From a virus, in IMG/VR virus record IMGVR_UViG_3300040758_000047, positions 1 through 64,000 of that record: a DNA stretch of 64,000 bases, one strand, 5' to 3'. The notes below the pieces were generated by a model that did no database searches, had not been told where the DNA came from, and saw only the letters and a program-made list of their open reading frames with translations. This document shows, piece after piece, positions 56,488 through 64,000 of this stretch. Numbering within the stretch: position 1 is the first letter of the stretch; each line of letters starts with the position of its first letter. A program made the translations under genes and the position numbers.

Positions 56488-56859
56488 TCACTCTGGCAAC
56501 GCCTGGACCATTTCGCGCACGTCGCGCATACTAACGCCAGCAGCCAAGAGGTCGCGCGCACTGACGCCAGCAGCCAAGAGGGCGCGCGTACTGACGCCAG
56601 CGGCCAAGAGGTAGCGCGCACTAAAGCCAGCGACCCAGAGGGCGCGCGCACTGACGCCAGCGACCCAGAGGTCGCGCGTACTGACGCCAGCGGCCAAGAG
56701 GTCGCGCGCACTGACGCCAGCAGCCAAGAGGTCGCGCGCGATAACGCCAGCAGCCACGAGGTCGCGCGTACTAACGCCAGCAGCCCACTTTTCTTTGATG
56801 GCTGATATATCAGCTTCCAGTCGATCCAGTTCCTTCAATAACTCAGATTTCGTTTGCAT
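56488..56859 (-). CDS. decapeptide-repeat protein (RDLLAAGVSA)n
   Basis: AGGAG RBS; about 9 repeats. Confidence 0.65.
   Translation of the reverse strand: MQTKSELLKELDRLEADISAIKEKWAAGVSTRDLVAAGVIARDLLAAGVSARDLLAAGVSTRDLWVAGVSARALWVAGFSARYLLAAGVSTRALLAAGVSARDLLAAGVSMRDVREMVQALPE
56521..56786. repeat. 30-bp tandem repeat, about 8.9 units
   Basis: GTCGCGCGCACTGACGCCAGCAGCCAAGAG consensus, head to tail with no spacers. Confidence 0.95.
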
Positions 56860-56925
56860 CGTCTCTCTCTCCTAAACATGTGGCGTCCGTCCATTCGATC
56901 TTGCTGTGGCTGTCCCATCTACTTC

Positions 56926-57894
56926 CTAACCTCCTGGCCTGGGGGGAACCAGCCGTGAATTGGCCACACTCTGATCCCTCAAGGATGACTGCAAAATCGA
57001 ATCCTCATGCTTAGAAGCTCTAGGGTCGGATATGGACCGAAAACCTTTTTGCATCTGCCCTTCTTGCTTTGTAAGCCGGTCGCCCATCGGAAGGTTGTCA
57101 GTGTCGAAATTTCCAATCTCCCTTAATGGAGGGGAATCACCGATCTCCGCCGGAGACATGTACTTCGGGCGGGGCTTGTACATTGCCTTCAATTGCTCCA
57201 GGATTTCATCGAGCGCCGCGCTAATGTCCTGCTTTTCGTCGTAGACGCTGAAGGTCTTGCGAGCTACCAATAGGCCAAGAGATGTAGGCTGTCCTTCAAC
57301 AGCTCCCCCGCCAGCACTATCCGACACGGCATCGTGCTTGTAGGTCAAATGAACCAGTCCCATCCCGGCCTGGTTGAGGACATTCTTGCGCGCCCGTAAA
57401 GTCAACTTTCCTTCCAGCCCCCTCGGCTCGAATTCGATGTAGTCCGGTGAATTATCGTTAATAAGAGCAATCAGATCCGACACGTCCCACTTAGGGTTTT
57501 CCGTTAGGTTTGATGGCCTTTTTCCTGTGACTGCCCGCCTGCGGACGGTTCCCGCCGTGAATACCTTACGCTTTATATCGGCGGGCTTATGCTCGTCGAA
57601 TCCCGGATCTCCCGGCATTAAAATTACGCTCTTGGCCTCTCCGGGGTCCGTAGCAACGTCTTTATGGAGCACCACGGCTCCCAGTGGCGGGGGAGGGTGA
57701 ACGTCCAACGTGGGACTCGGCACGCCCGGTGGAACCGTGGCAATACCGGATTCCTCCGTGTTCATGTCATAGAGCATTTCCACCGTGTCCACCACGTCCT
57801 CGGTGAGTAGAATAGAGTCCTGGGTCTTCTTCAGCCCACGGTCGAGGGTCTTCTGAATGTAGCGGGCGAACTTATCCTTGAGTGCTTGGTCCAT
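56926..57894 (-). CDS. hypothetical protein
   Basis: Long ORF; ATG at 57894 (MDQALK) preferred. Confidence 0.65.
   Translation of the reverse strand: MDQALKDKFARYIQKTLDRGLKKTQDSILLTEDVVDTVEMLYDMNTEESGIATVPPGVPSPTLDVHPPPPLGAVVLHKDVATDPGEAKSVILMPGDPGFDEHKPADIKRKVFTAGTVRRRAVTGKRPSNLTENPKWDVSDLIALINDNSPDYIEFEPRGLEGKLTLRARKNVLNQAGMGLVHLTYKHDAVSDSAGGGAVEGQPTSLGLLVARKTFSVYDEKQDISAALDEILEQLKAMYKPRPKYMSPAEIGDSPPLREIGNFDTDNLPMGDRLTKQEGQMQKGFRSISDPRASKHEDSILQSSLRDQSVANSRLVPPRPGG
57703..57716. promoter_or_regulatory. parS-like palindromic site
   Basis: GTCCAACGTGGGAC. Confidence 0.7.
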
Positions 57895-58070
57895 GCTTCC
57901 TGGCGTCTCTTTCCTTGCAGAGCCTTGAAATTCAGCGCACCCACCTCCCCAGAAATTAGTCCGCCTCACTCCAAGGCTCTGCACGGCCCTCTATCCGCTA
58001 GAGGGTTGCGTTTGTACTCCAACCGGCTGCGGTGTATTGTGTTTTAGACTGTCGGGTGTTTTCTCCTTTC

Positions 58071-58394
58071 TTACTGGTTCAGATTACTCGTCGTCGTTTG
58101 CGACATATTGGACAGGGTTGCAACGTTGTACGACATGGCCCCGACCGGAGCTTTCCCGTAGAAAACGGTGGCTCCACTAGTGGTCGTGGGGAATAGACCG
58201 CCTTGCGTCTCGACGAGATACCGGAGAAACTCTCCGATGTACGGAGGCAGATTCGGCGGGTCCATGTAGCGGAAGTCACCGGGTTGGGCGATTGGGTTCA
58301 TCAGAATTTTTTGCGCCGGTTTAGCGGGGTGTAAAGCATCCCACACCGCTTCGGCCACCACAGCACTCTTGCCCCAGGGGCTATCTTGCTCCAC
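58071..58394 (-). CDS. small ORF carrying an in-frame copy of a portal segment
   Basis: 58206-58328 is identical to portal 48217-48339. Confidence 0.6.
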   Translation of the reverse strand: MEQDSPWGKSAVVAEAVWDALHPAKPAQKILMNPIAQPGDFRYMDPPNLPPYIGEFLRYLVETQGGLFPTTTSGATVFYGKAPVGAMSYNVATLSNMSQTTTSNLNQ

Positions 58395-58411
58395 CGCCTT
58401 CTGGACGGTGG

Positions 58412-58612
58412 CTAGGCGAAAGGGCGGACCAGTACCTCCGCCTTCTGCATATCCACTTTGGGTGCTTCACCACCCATCACGGCAGCAAGGGCGGCGGACT
58501 GTCCATCTCGGGCAATCACAGCCTTGGGGCCAAAGACCAACTTCTCGACGGCCCCTTCTTCGGCTTCTTTCTTGCTCGGCTTCTCGATGATCGCTACTTC
58601 AAACAACGGCAT
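58412..58612 (-). CDS. conserved small phage protein
   Basis: AAGGAG RBS; MPLFEVAII..EVLVRPF. Confidence 0.65.
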   Translation of the reverse strand: MPLFEVAIIEKPSKKEAEEGAVEKLVFGPKAVIARDGQSAALAAVMGGEAPKVDMQKAEVLVRPFA

Positions 58613-58626
58613 TGCACTTCTCCTTT

Positions 58627-59169
58627 TCAGACTTGATCCTTCATTCTTGCGTTTGGCTCGTATACTAAAGTCTTCTTGGCCCGGTCCATGGCTTCTGCCC
58701 AATCTACCCCGTAACGTCGCCGGATTCCTTCCGCCCGTTCGCGGAGTTCCGCCTCCTGATCGGTCATGTCCGTGTAGCCGCTTCCATCTCCACCCAGAAT
58801 CTTAGTCAACCAGTTGGTCTGGCTCCTGGTGAACTTCTCGAAGGAGAGGGACAGGGAATCCAGGGCGGCGAGTTGCTTGGATGCTTGATCTGTCCGCTCG
58901 ACACGCCCGCCAACAAGACCATCACGAACTAAAGCGAGATTGTCGTTGATCGTTGAAAGATGCGTTCGGGTTATGCCCGCCTGCTCCTGGATGGCTGCGT
59001 TCACTTTGCAAATCTGGTCGCGGATCTCGGTGAACTCCAGCGATGGCTGGTACACCGTGGGACTGCGCATGACCCTCACGGTGGAGAGTACCATCTTGTA
59101 GACGGCCACTACCACCGCGATCGCCACGATCCCGTAGCCAATCCACGACATCAAGACTTGCAGCGTCAT
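58627..59169 (-). CDS. membrane-anchored protein
   Basis: N-terminal TM helix WIGYGIVAIAVVVAVY; ATGA overlap. Confidence 0.6.
   Translation of the reverse strand: MTLQVLMSWIGYGIVAIAVVVAVYKMVLSTVRVMRSPTVYQPSLEFTEIRDQICKVNAAIQEQAGITRTHLSTINDNLALVRDGLVGGRVERTDQASKQLAALDSLSLSFEKFTRSQTNWLTKILGGDGSGYTDMTDQEAELRERAEGIRRRYGVDWAEAMDRAKKTLVYEPNARMKDQV
59050..59063. promoter_or_regulatory. parS-like site (one extra mismatch)
   Basis: GTACACCGTGGGAC. Confidence 0.5.
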
Positions 59170-59528
59170 TTCGCAACCTTCTTTTTGTGGCTTTTCCTGA
59201 CCTCGACGAAGTAACCTTGGCTCAATAGAAAGTCCGTGCCCGACTTCACATACTGTTGTACGCGGGCCTTGGAGATATCCAGCGCTTGAGTGTACTTCAT
59301 CCCGATTAAATAAGCCTTGGTTTCCGGCCACTCCGAACCCTGCAAGAACATAATGGCGGCATTGATCGCAACCTTCAATCGAGTCCGTTTACGATGTGAC
59401 CAGTCTTCGGGAGGTTCCGGCGCGCGTTTATAGATACGCGGGTCCGATGCCGTCATACGGCCTTCGCGGATCGCCTTCCTCAGGTCGCGAGGGGTCATTC
59501 CAGGATGTCCTCGGCTCTTTCCAGCCAT
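59166..59528 (-). CDS. putative HTH DNA-binding protein
   Basis: ALDISKARVQQY sigma-4-like HTH; start uncertain. Confidence 0.45.
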   Translation of the reverse strand: MAGKSRGHPGMTPRDLRKAIREGRMTASDPRIYKRAPEPPEDWSHRKRTRLKVAINAAIMFLQGSEWPETKAYLIGMKYTQALDISKARVQQYVKSGTDFLLSQGYFVEVRKSHKKKVAK

Positions 59529-59764
59529 TCGGGAATCGGTTTGCCGTGGTAGATGAACTCCAAGAAACGAACCGCCATTTCATTGCACGACAGTTCGCTT
59601 TGGATGTGGACAACGTCGAACACGCTCTCGATGGAGGCGAACCGCTCGATGGCGATGCCGATCTTGTTTGGTCCTTGGCATCCTACTTCATAGCAGAGCC
59701 CCAAGGTTTTGATGATCTCAAGGGTGAGTTGGAATTTGGTCATTGCTTTGGATGCTCCTTCCAA
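59495..59764 (-). CDS. hypothetical protein
   Basis: ORF in operon. Confidence 0.5.
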   Translation of the reverse strand: MEGASKAMTKFQLTLEIIKTLGLCYEVGCQGPNKIGIAIERFASIESVFDVVHIQSELSCNEMAVRFLEFIYHGKPIPEWLERAEDILE

Positions 59765-59903
59765 TACTTCGCCGTTGCTATAATGGTGTACCCATCTTGG
59801 TCTTCGACATTTTCCCAGCGCCCTGTCGAGATCAAGAACTTCTTCGCCTCATCGTAGGTCATCCCCATTGCTATTTCGAAATCGCTGGGCCTTTGCTCGG
59901 GCT

Positions 59904-60722
59904 TCATCCCAACACCCCTACCTTCCCATCGCCTTCATACTTTAAGATGATCTCGTCTTCACTGATTTCCTTGACCACCACATTTGTTTCCAGTTGTACC
60001 CTGCCCGACTTCCCTACGACTTTAAGAGCGGCAATCATCCCCGGTTTTGCTGACCACTGCCACGCTGCCTTCGGCCCCTCCATCAACTTCACAACTTCGG
60101 CTTCGTCAACCACGTCGTTGGTCAAGTAGTCCTGAATTTGGCGCAAAATCATGGCTTTGGTGGGCCGATCGTCGGGCTCCTCGCGTTCGCGGGCCGTCAC
60201 TCCCCTAGTCGAGGCTTCCCGCTTGGCCTTCCGTTCCGCCACTTTCTTTTTCTTGGCTTGCTTGGTTTCGCCTCTTCGAATCTCGCCGACCAACGATAAG
60301 GAGACGCCAATGTACTTGGCGATCTGGGTGTCTTTCCACTCCCCAATCTTCTCGTCGGTTACCGCCAATTCAACGGCGCGTCTTTTGTCGGCATTGGTCA
60401 GCCGTGCGCCGTGATGGGAGTTTTCCAATAGGGCGTACTTCAGTGCATCGGAGGCGTCCCCATCGTGTATGACGGCGGGGATTTCCAGCTTGTTTTCCTG
60501 CCGGTAGGCTTCGATGCGATGGAAGCCGTCCGCGACACGGTAGGAGTTGTCTCCGTTACGGAAGATATGAATGGGGTCCATATTCCCGTGCTCCTGAATT
60601 AAGGAGCGGTACTGATGGACCAATCTGGCGTCGAGGGTGATGCGAATTTGGACGGAATTAGTTTCGTCAATTTGCTCGATGGGAACCAGCTTAACGGTTT
60701 TCTTGGTGGCAGAGGGTGTCAT
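59904..60722 (-). CDS. ParB/Srx-domain protein with HTH (ParB-like)
   Basis: VPIEQI..QIR..DPI..VADGFHR (GxxR box)..EN..HG..LT.ADKRRAV; HTH DTQIAKYIGVSLSLVGEIRR. Confidence 0.85.
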   Translation of the reverse strand: MTPSATKKTVKLVPIEQIDETNSVQIRITLDARLVHQYRSLIQEHGNMDPIHIFRNGDNSYRVADGFHRIEAYRQENKLEIPAVIHDGDASDALKYALLENSHHGARLTNADKRRAVELAVTDEKIGEWKDTQIAKYIGVSLSLVGEIRRGETKQAKKKKVAERKAKREASTRGVTAREREEPDDRPTKAMILRQIQDYLTNDVVDEAEVVKLMEGPKAAWQWSAKPGMIAALKVVGKSGRVQLETNVVVKEISEDEIILKYEGDGKVGVLG

Positions 60723-60729
60723 TGTCTTT

Positions 60730-60743
60730 GTCCCACGTTGTAC
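60730..60743. promoter_or_regulatory. parS-like site between the promoter and start codon of the ParB-like gene
   Basis: GTCCCACGTTGTAC, 7 nt upstream of ATG 60722. Confidence 0.75.
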
Positions 60744-60789
60744 TCGATCTATAGGGTACGCGGAGTCAAGAGTGAAGTCAAGAGGTGTT

Positions 60790-61002
60790 TTAATACCTTC
60801 TCAAGACGTTTCCCTGGATCATCAGTTCAGCCTCCCGTAACACCACGAACCCATGGATTTGCTGAACTTCTTTTTTGGAGTATCCAGAAAGCAGCATGAT
60901 CTTAGCCGCACGCACCCTGGACTCATAGACGGGGTTCGCAGGCTTCGGTCGGCGGTCCTCCACATCATCTTCAATTTGGTGGATCATATAAATGTCGGAC
61001 AT
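60790..61002 (-). CDS. hypothetical protein
   Basis: Short ORF. Confidence 0.45.
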   Translation of the reverse strand: MSDIYMIHQIEDDVEDRRPKPANPVYESRVRAAKIMLLSGYSKKEVQQIHGFVVLREAELMIQGNVLRRY

Positions 61003-61094
61003 AGGATAAGATCGTTATCCAGAGCCAGAGCCATCGCAATAGCCATGGCCACCGCCATCGCCAGAGCCGTAATCCGGGTCGGAGTTTCACGGCC

Positions 61095-61427
61095 TCAGTC
61101 CTTCAGCGCCTCGCGGAGCTTGTCAAGTTCCACTGTGTAGGTCGGTTCTGTGTATTCCCCGCCGTGAATCTTGTACAGAATCCAGACCGACTGGTAGCGC
61201 TCATCGGCGTGAACCGCATCCAATCTGTTCTTCAAGTCTTCCGCCGCCCGCGCGACGGCGAGCAGGCCTTGCCGCTCTCGTTGGAGTTTCAGGATCTCAT
61301 CCCGCAGTAGGGGATAGCTGCGAAATGCTGCAATGGACCACTTTAAGTCAGCCGATGGCCATTCCTGTGCCACCGCAGCCAGACGCAGTCGGTCCAACTC
61401 CGCGATGATCTCGTTGATGTCAGCCAC
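61095..61427 (-). CDS. hypothetical protein
   Basis: AGGAGG RBS. Confidence 0.6.
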   Translation of the reverse strand: MADINEIIAELDRLRLAAVAQEWPSADLKWSIAAFRSYPLLRDEILKLQRERQGLLAVARAAEDLKNRLDAVHADERYQSVWILYKIHGGEYTEPTYTVELDKLREALKD

Positions 61428-61510
61428 GTTCTACCTCCTGCCTCAGCACTTGCGCCAACGCTGGGACTTATATACATGATATAGATTGAGATTCAGGGAG
61501 TGTTTCAACA

Positions 61511-62617
61511 TCAACTTGTAGCCCGCTGTTCTGAGGGGCATAGCCCCGCAAGGCTCATCCCGAGCCTTTTGATGTTTAGTGCCGCGTTGTGATCCCGCCC
61601 CAAAGTCAACCCGCATGAACAGGAATGCACCCGCTCGCTAAGTTCCTTTCGGATGATGACACCACAGCCGCTGCACTTCTGAGATGTCCCCTTCGGGTTG
61701 ACCGGCACCATCCACTTACCAGCGTATTCTGCTTTGTAAGTTACCTGCCAGATCAACAGCCCCCAGGCTGCATCCATGATTGACTTTGCTAACTTGGATC
61801 GCACCATATTTCGGATCTTCAGATCCTCGTGAGCAATTAAATCGTAGTTCGCTACCAGCCACTTGCTGACGTGGTGGATGTAGTTCAACCGCGCACTTGC
61901 GGCCCGTTGATGAGCGCGGCGCAACGCCTCACGCGCACGGAGGCGGTTATGTGACCCGCGCGTCTTGGTTGCTAACGAGCGATTGGCGGAGGCGATCCGA
62001 TTTTCGTGCTGACGTATCCAACGCGGATTCTCAATCTCGGTTCCGTCACTCAGTGTCGCCAGGGTAGTCAGGCCAACATCAATCCCTACCGGGTGCATTA
62101 CCACGCACTTCTCTGGGGCGGGGCCGATATCACAGACTACGTTAGCCGTCCATCTCTTGCCATCACGCTTTACCGTGCAGTATTTTGCGCGGCCCCAAAT
62201 AGGACGCCCACCACGCGCCCGAATATCCCCCACGTTCGGTATTTTGATCGAACGCTCGCGGACTACGGGCAAACTGAACCCGAAGGAATCGTACCTGAAA
62301 CGTGAACGATAACGCGGGAACCCCGGCTTCTCGCCAGCCTTGCAACGGCGGTAGAACGCCTTGAATGCCCGGTCAACCCGACGCAACGGGTCACGCTGGA
62401 TATCACAGGCGATCCACTGGAATGCCAGGTCTTTGCGGAGTTCCGTCAACTCCTTCTGCTGGTCATAGTACGTGATCGACTTGTGCTGGAGTTTCCATGC
62501 CTCTTTTCGCTCCTGAATACAGGCGTTCGCAGTCTCGCAGTTATCCTCAAGAATCCGATTCAACTCCGCAACCTGCGTAGCGTTTGGACGAAGACGAAAC
62601 TGAAAGGTTCTCAGCAT
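61511..62617 (-). CDS. tnpB: solo TnpB nuclease
   Basis: FQFRLRP HTH, GFPRY, GIDVG, HEDL, CSGC..CSCG and RDHNAA; catalytic D-E-D intact; no adjacent tnpA. Confidence 0.92.
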   Translation of the reverse strand: MLRTFQFRLRPNATQVAELNRILEDNCETANACIQERKEAWKLQHKSITYYDQQKELTELRKDLAFQWIACDIQRDPLRRVDRAFKAFYRRCKAGEKPGFPRYRSRFRYDSFGFSLPVVRERSIKIPNVGDIRARGGRPIWGRAKYCTVKRDGKRWTANVVCDIGPAPEKCVVMHPVGIDVGLTTLATLSDGTEIENPRWIRQHENRIASANRSLATKTRGSHNRLRAREALRRAHQRAASARLNYIHHVSKWLVANYDLIAHEDLKIRNMVRSKLAKSIMDAAWGLLIWQVTYKAEYAGKWMVPVNPKGTSQKCSGCGVIIRKELSERVHSCSCGLTLGRDHNAALNIKRLGMSLAGLCPSEQRATS

Positions 62618-62640
62618 GTTTCAGCGCACAGGGGAGTCAA

Positions 62641-63048
62641 CTATATAATTCCCTTGACTTTCCTGGGGACCACCCGTCTGACCGGCTTGGATGGATCGGA
62701 GATCGGGCCGGAGACCATGCGATTGTCGATCTCGGCATTCCCCAGTTTCGGCAGTTCCCCCGTGACTTTCTCGATCGTCTCCGCGATATGCGCCTGAGCT
62801 TCGGTTACGGCCACCGGAAGGTCCGGTGCCGGGATGTCCCACGGCATCTCCAGATCTTCACCGTCGAATGCCGTCGATTCCACCGGGGTCTCGGCAGGGG
62901 AACTCTCCGCAGACTTGATTGGCCTTCCGGCTCCCCTCTTCCTTTTTCTGGGGACGTCCCACAGAGGCGACCCGCACTCCGCACAACGTTTCGGAGTTTC
63001 CAGGGTAGAGTCGAAGTCCTCTTCGCAACGAATACAGTGGTAGGTCAT
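62641..63048 (-). CDS. zinc-ribbon protein
   Basis: CIRC..PKRCAECGSPLW. Confidence 0.6.
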   Translation of the reverse strand: MTYHCIRCEEDFDSTLETPKRCAECGSPLWDVPRKRKRGAGRPIKSAESSPAETPVESTAFDGEDLEMPWDIPAPDLPVAVTEAQAHIAETIEKVTGELPKLGNAEIDNRMVSGPISDPSKPVRRVVPRKVKGII

Positions 63049-63052
63049 TTAC

Positions 63053-63538
63053 TTATGTACCCTCCCTGATTCGCTTGGCGGCTTCCTTCAAGACGTCCCG
63101 CCACCCAATGCAGGAATCTGGTTTATTCCCGGAGACCATCGTGTCTAGAATCTTTGCGCAGCGCTCGGAGATCACTTCACGACCATCAAGCAAAGTGATC
63201 CTCTTTTCCGTAACCTTCTTAATCATGCGTTTCCTCTTGTTTCCATTGTTCCGCCTCGCCTTCCCGGACGCCCTCTCCACGGTGAGCAACTCGAACTCCT
63301 CGGGGGATATGACCTTATCGATCTCGACAAATTCGATCGGGCCATCCTCATTATTAATCGACGCTACAAATGGCCAATCGTCAGTGAGTGAGTCCGTCCG
63401 AAGTCGATCTCGGAACCAACAGCAGCCGTCTTCTACTGCGATCTCCAAGTTGAGTTTCGCACCTTCCTCTTGGATTAGATTCCAAAAACGCGCCACGCGC
63501 TTAGCGCATTCATCAGTCGCTATTCTGATCGATTTCAT
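63053..63538 (-). CDS. hypothetical protein
   Basis: AGGAGG RBS. Confidence 0.55.
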   Translation of the reverse strand: MKSIRIATDECAKRVARFWNLIQEEGAKLNLEIAVEDGCCWFRDRLRTDSLTDDWPFVASINNEDGPIEFVEIDKVISPEEFELLTVERASGKARRNNGNKRKRMIKKVTEKRITLLDGREVISERCAKILDTMVSGNKPDSCIGWRDVLKEAAKRIREGT

Positions 63539-63995
63539 GATTGGTCCTCCTAGGAGCCTCGATCATCTTGAACTTGGTCTCGGTCAGCCATTGGTACAAC
63601 GTGGTACCGGAAGCGTTGACCACACGGTAGGGCAAATACACCTCAGCGGCGGAAACCATCGAGGTTTGGATCATGGCGTTCTGCGCCTGCACCCACCTCA
63701 ATAATTGCCTCCAGGCAATTCGCTCGGCGTCGCGCATGGCTTTCTCGCGGAAGTCCGCACGGGGCCGCTTGGCTCTGGCTTCGAGCAGCCGGAAGACCGG
63801 CTCGATCCTGACCGGCATGTCGAACAGAACATCCTTCTCGCCGATGCGCATCACCCACCGCAGGCCGGAAACCCTGCCGTCTTTGTAATCCGTGTTGACC
63901 GCCGTTGCCCCGGAACTCACCAGTTCGCCCACAATCTCACTGACTGTCCGCTGAACGGAGACGCCGGTGGTTTCCATGAAAATCGCTTTGCTCAT
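63513..63995 (-). CDS. conserved hypothetical phage protein
   Basis: T..EI..L...GA..RIAWR.L..WV.AQ..LPY pattern. Confidence 0.65.
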   Translation of the reverse strand: MSKAIFMETTGVSVQRTVSEIVGELVSSGATAVNTDYKDGRVSGLRWVMRIGEKDVLFDMPVRIEPVFRLLEARAKRPRADFREKAMRDAERIAWRQLLRWVQAQNAMIQTSMVSAAEVYLPYRVVNASGTTLYQWLTETKFKMIEAPRRTNHEIDQNSD

Positions 63996-64000
63996 TTGGG

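Larger units (their letters stand above)
1..64000 (-). mobile_element. Tailed phage/prophage genome segment (podovirus-like morphogenesis module)
   Basis: Co-oriented TerS-TerL-portal-scaffold-capsid-adaptor-nozzle-GNAT-ejection gene order; many small overlapping ORFs; no housekeeping genes; no tape measure or sheath gene recognised. Confidence 0.93.

Noticed and set aside
56521-56786. Possible CRISPR array
   Set aside because: Units abut with no unique spacers, keep a reading frame, and no cas genes are present
48217-58375. Portal repeat as a diversity-generating retroelement TR/VR pair
   Set aside because: Mismatches are confined to one flank and are not adenine-specific; no reverse transcriptase in the window
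33551-61467. Degenerate palindrome half-sites near 33551, 56110 and 61454
   Set aside because: Too many mismatches or an indel, so not counted, although all are intergenic
1-64000. tRNA, rRNA, integrase/att site, endolysin-holin cassette, ParA
   Set aside because: None recognisable by eye; they may lie outside the window, so lifestyle cannot be determined

Overview
This window is part of a tailed dsDNA phage or prophage with podovirus-like gene order. Almost all genes are on the minus strand. Reading right to left: early/accessory genes, TerS, TerL, portal, scaffold, major capsid protein, decoration and fibre proteins, a glycosyltransferase cluster, head-tail adaptors, spikes, tail nozzle, GNAT and ejection proteins. 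A captured ClpC N-domain suggests an Acidobacteriota host (recalled similarity, not a database search). An IS200/IS605 element (tnpA+tnpB) is at the left end and a solo tnpB is near the right end. Main observations: (1) a 14-bp parS-like palindrome, GTCCCACGTGGGAC and variants, occurs at least 17 times, including directly upstream of a phage ParB-like gene, which suggests a KorB-like genome-wide clamp or repressor system; (2) the major capsid gene is split by two tandem ORF-less group I introns around a 35-nt micro-exon, next to a free-standing endonuclease VII-type nuclease; (3) seven proteins in the virion module carry Sec-type signal peptides; (4) a proteasome-beta-like gene is paired with a truncated ClpC N-domain gene; (5) a 123-bp identical copy of part of the portal gene sits in a separate small ORF; (6) several protamine-like micro-ORFs are missed by the ORF track. 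No integrase, lysis cassette, tRNA or CRISPR array was recognised. All family assignments come from reading motifs by eye.
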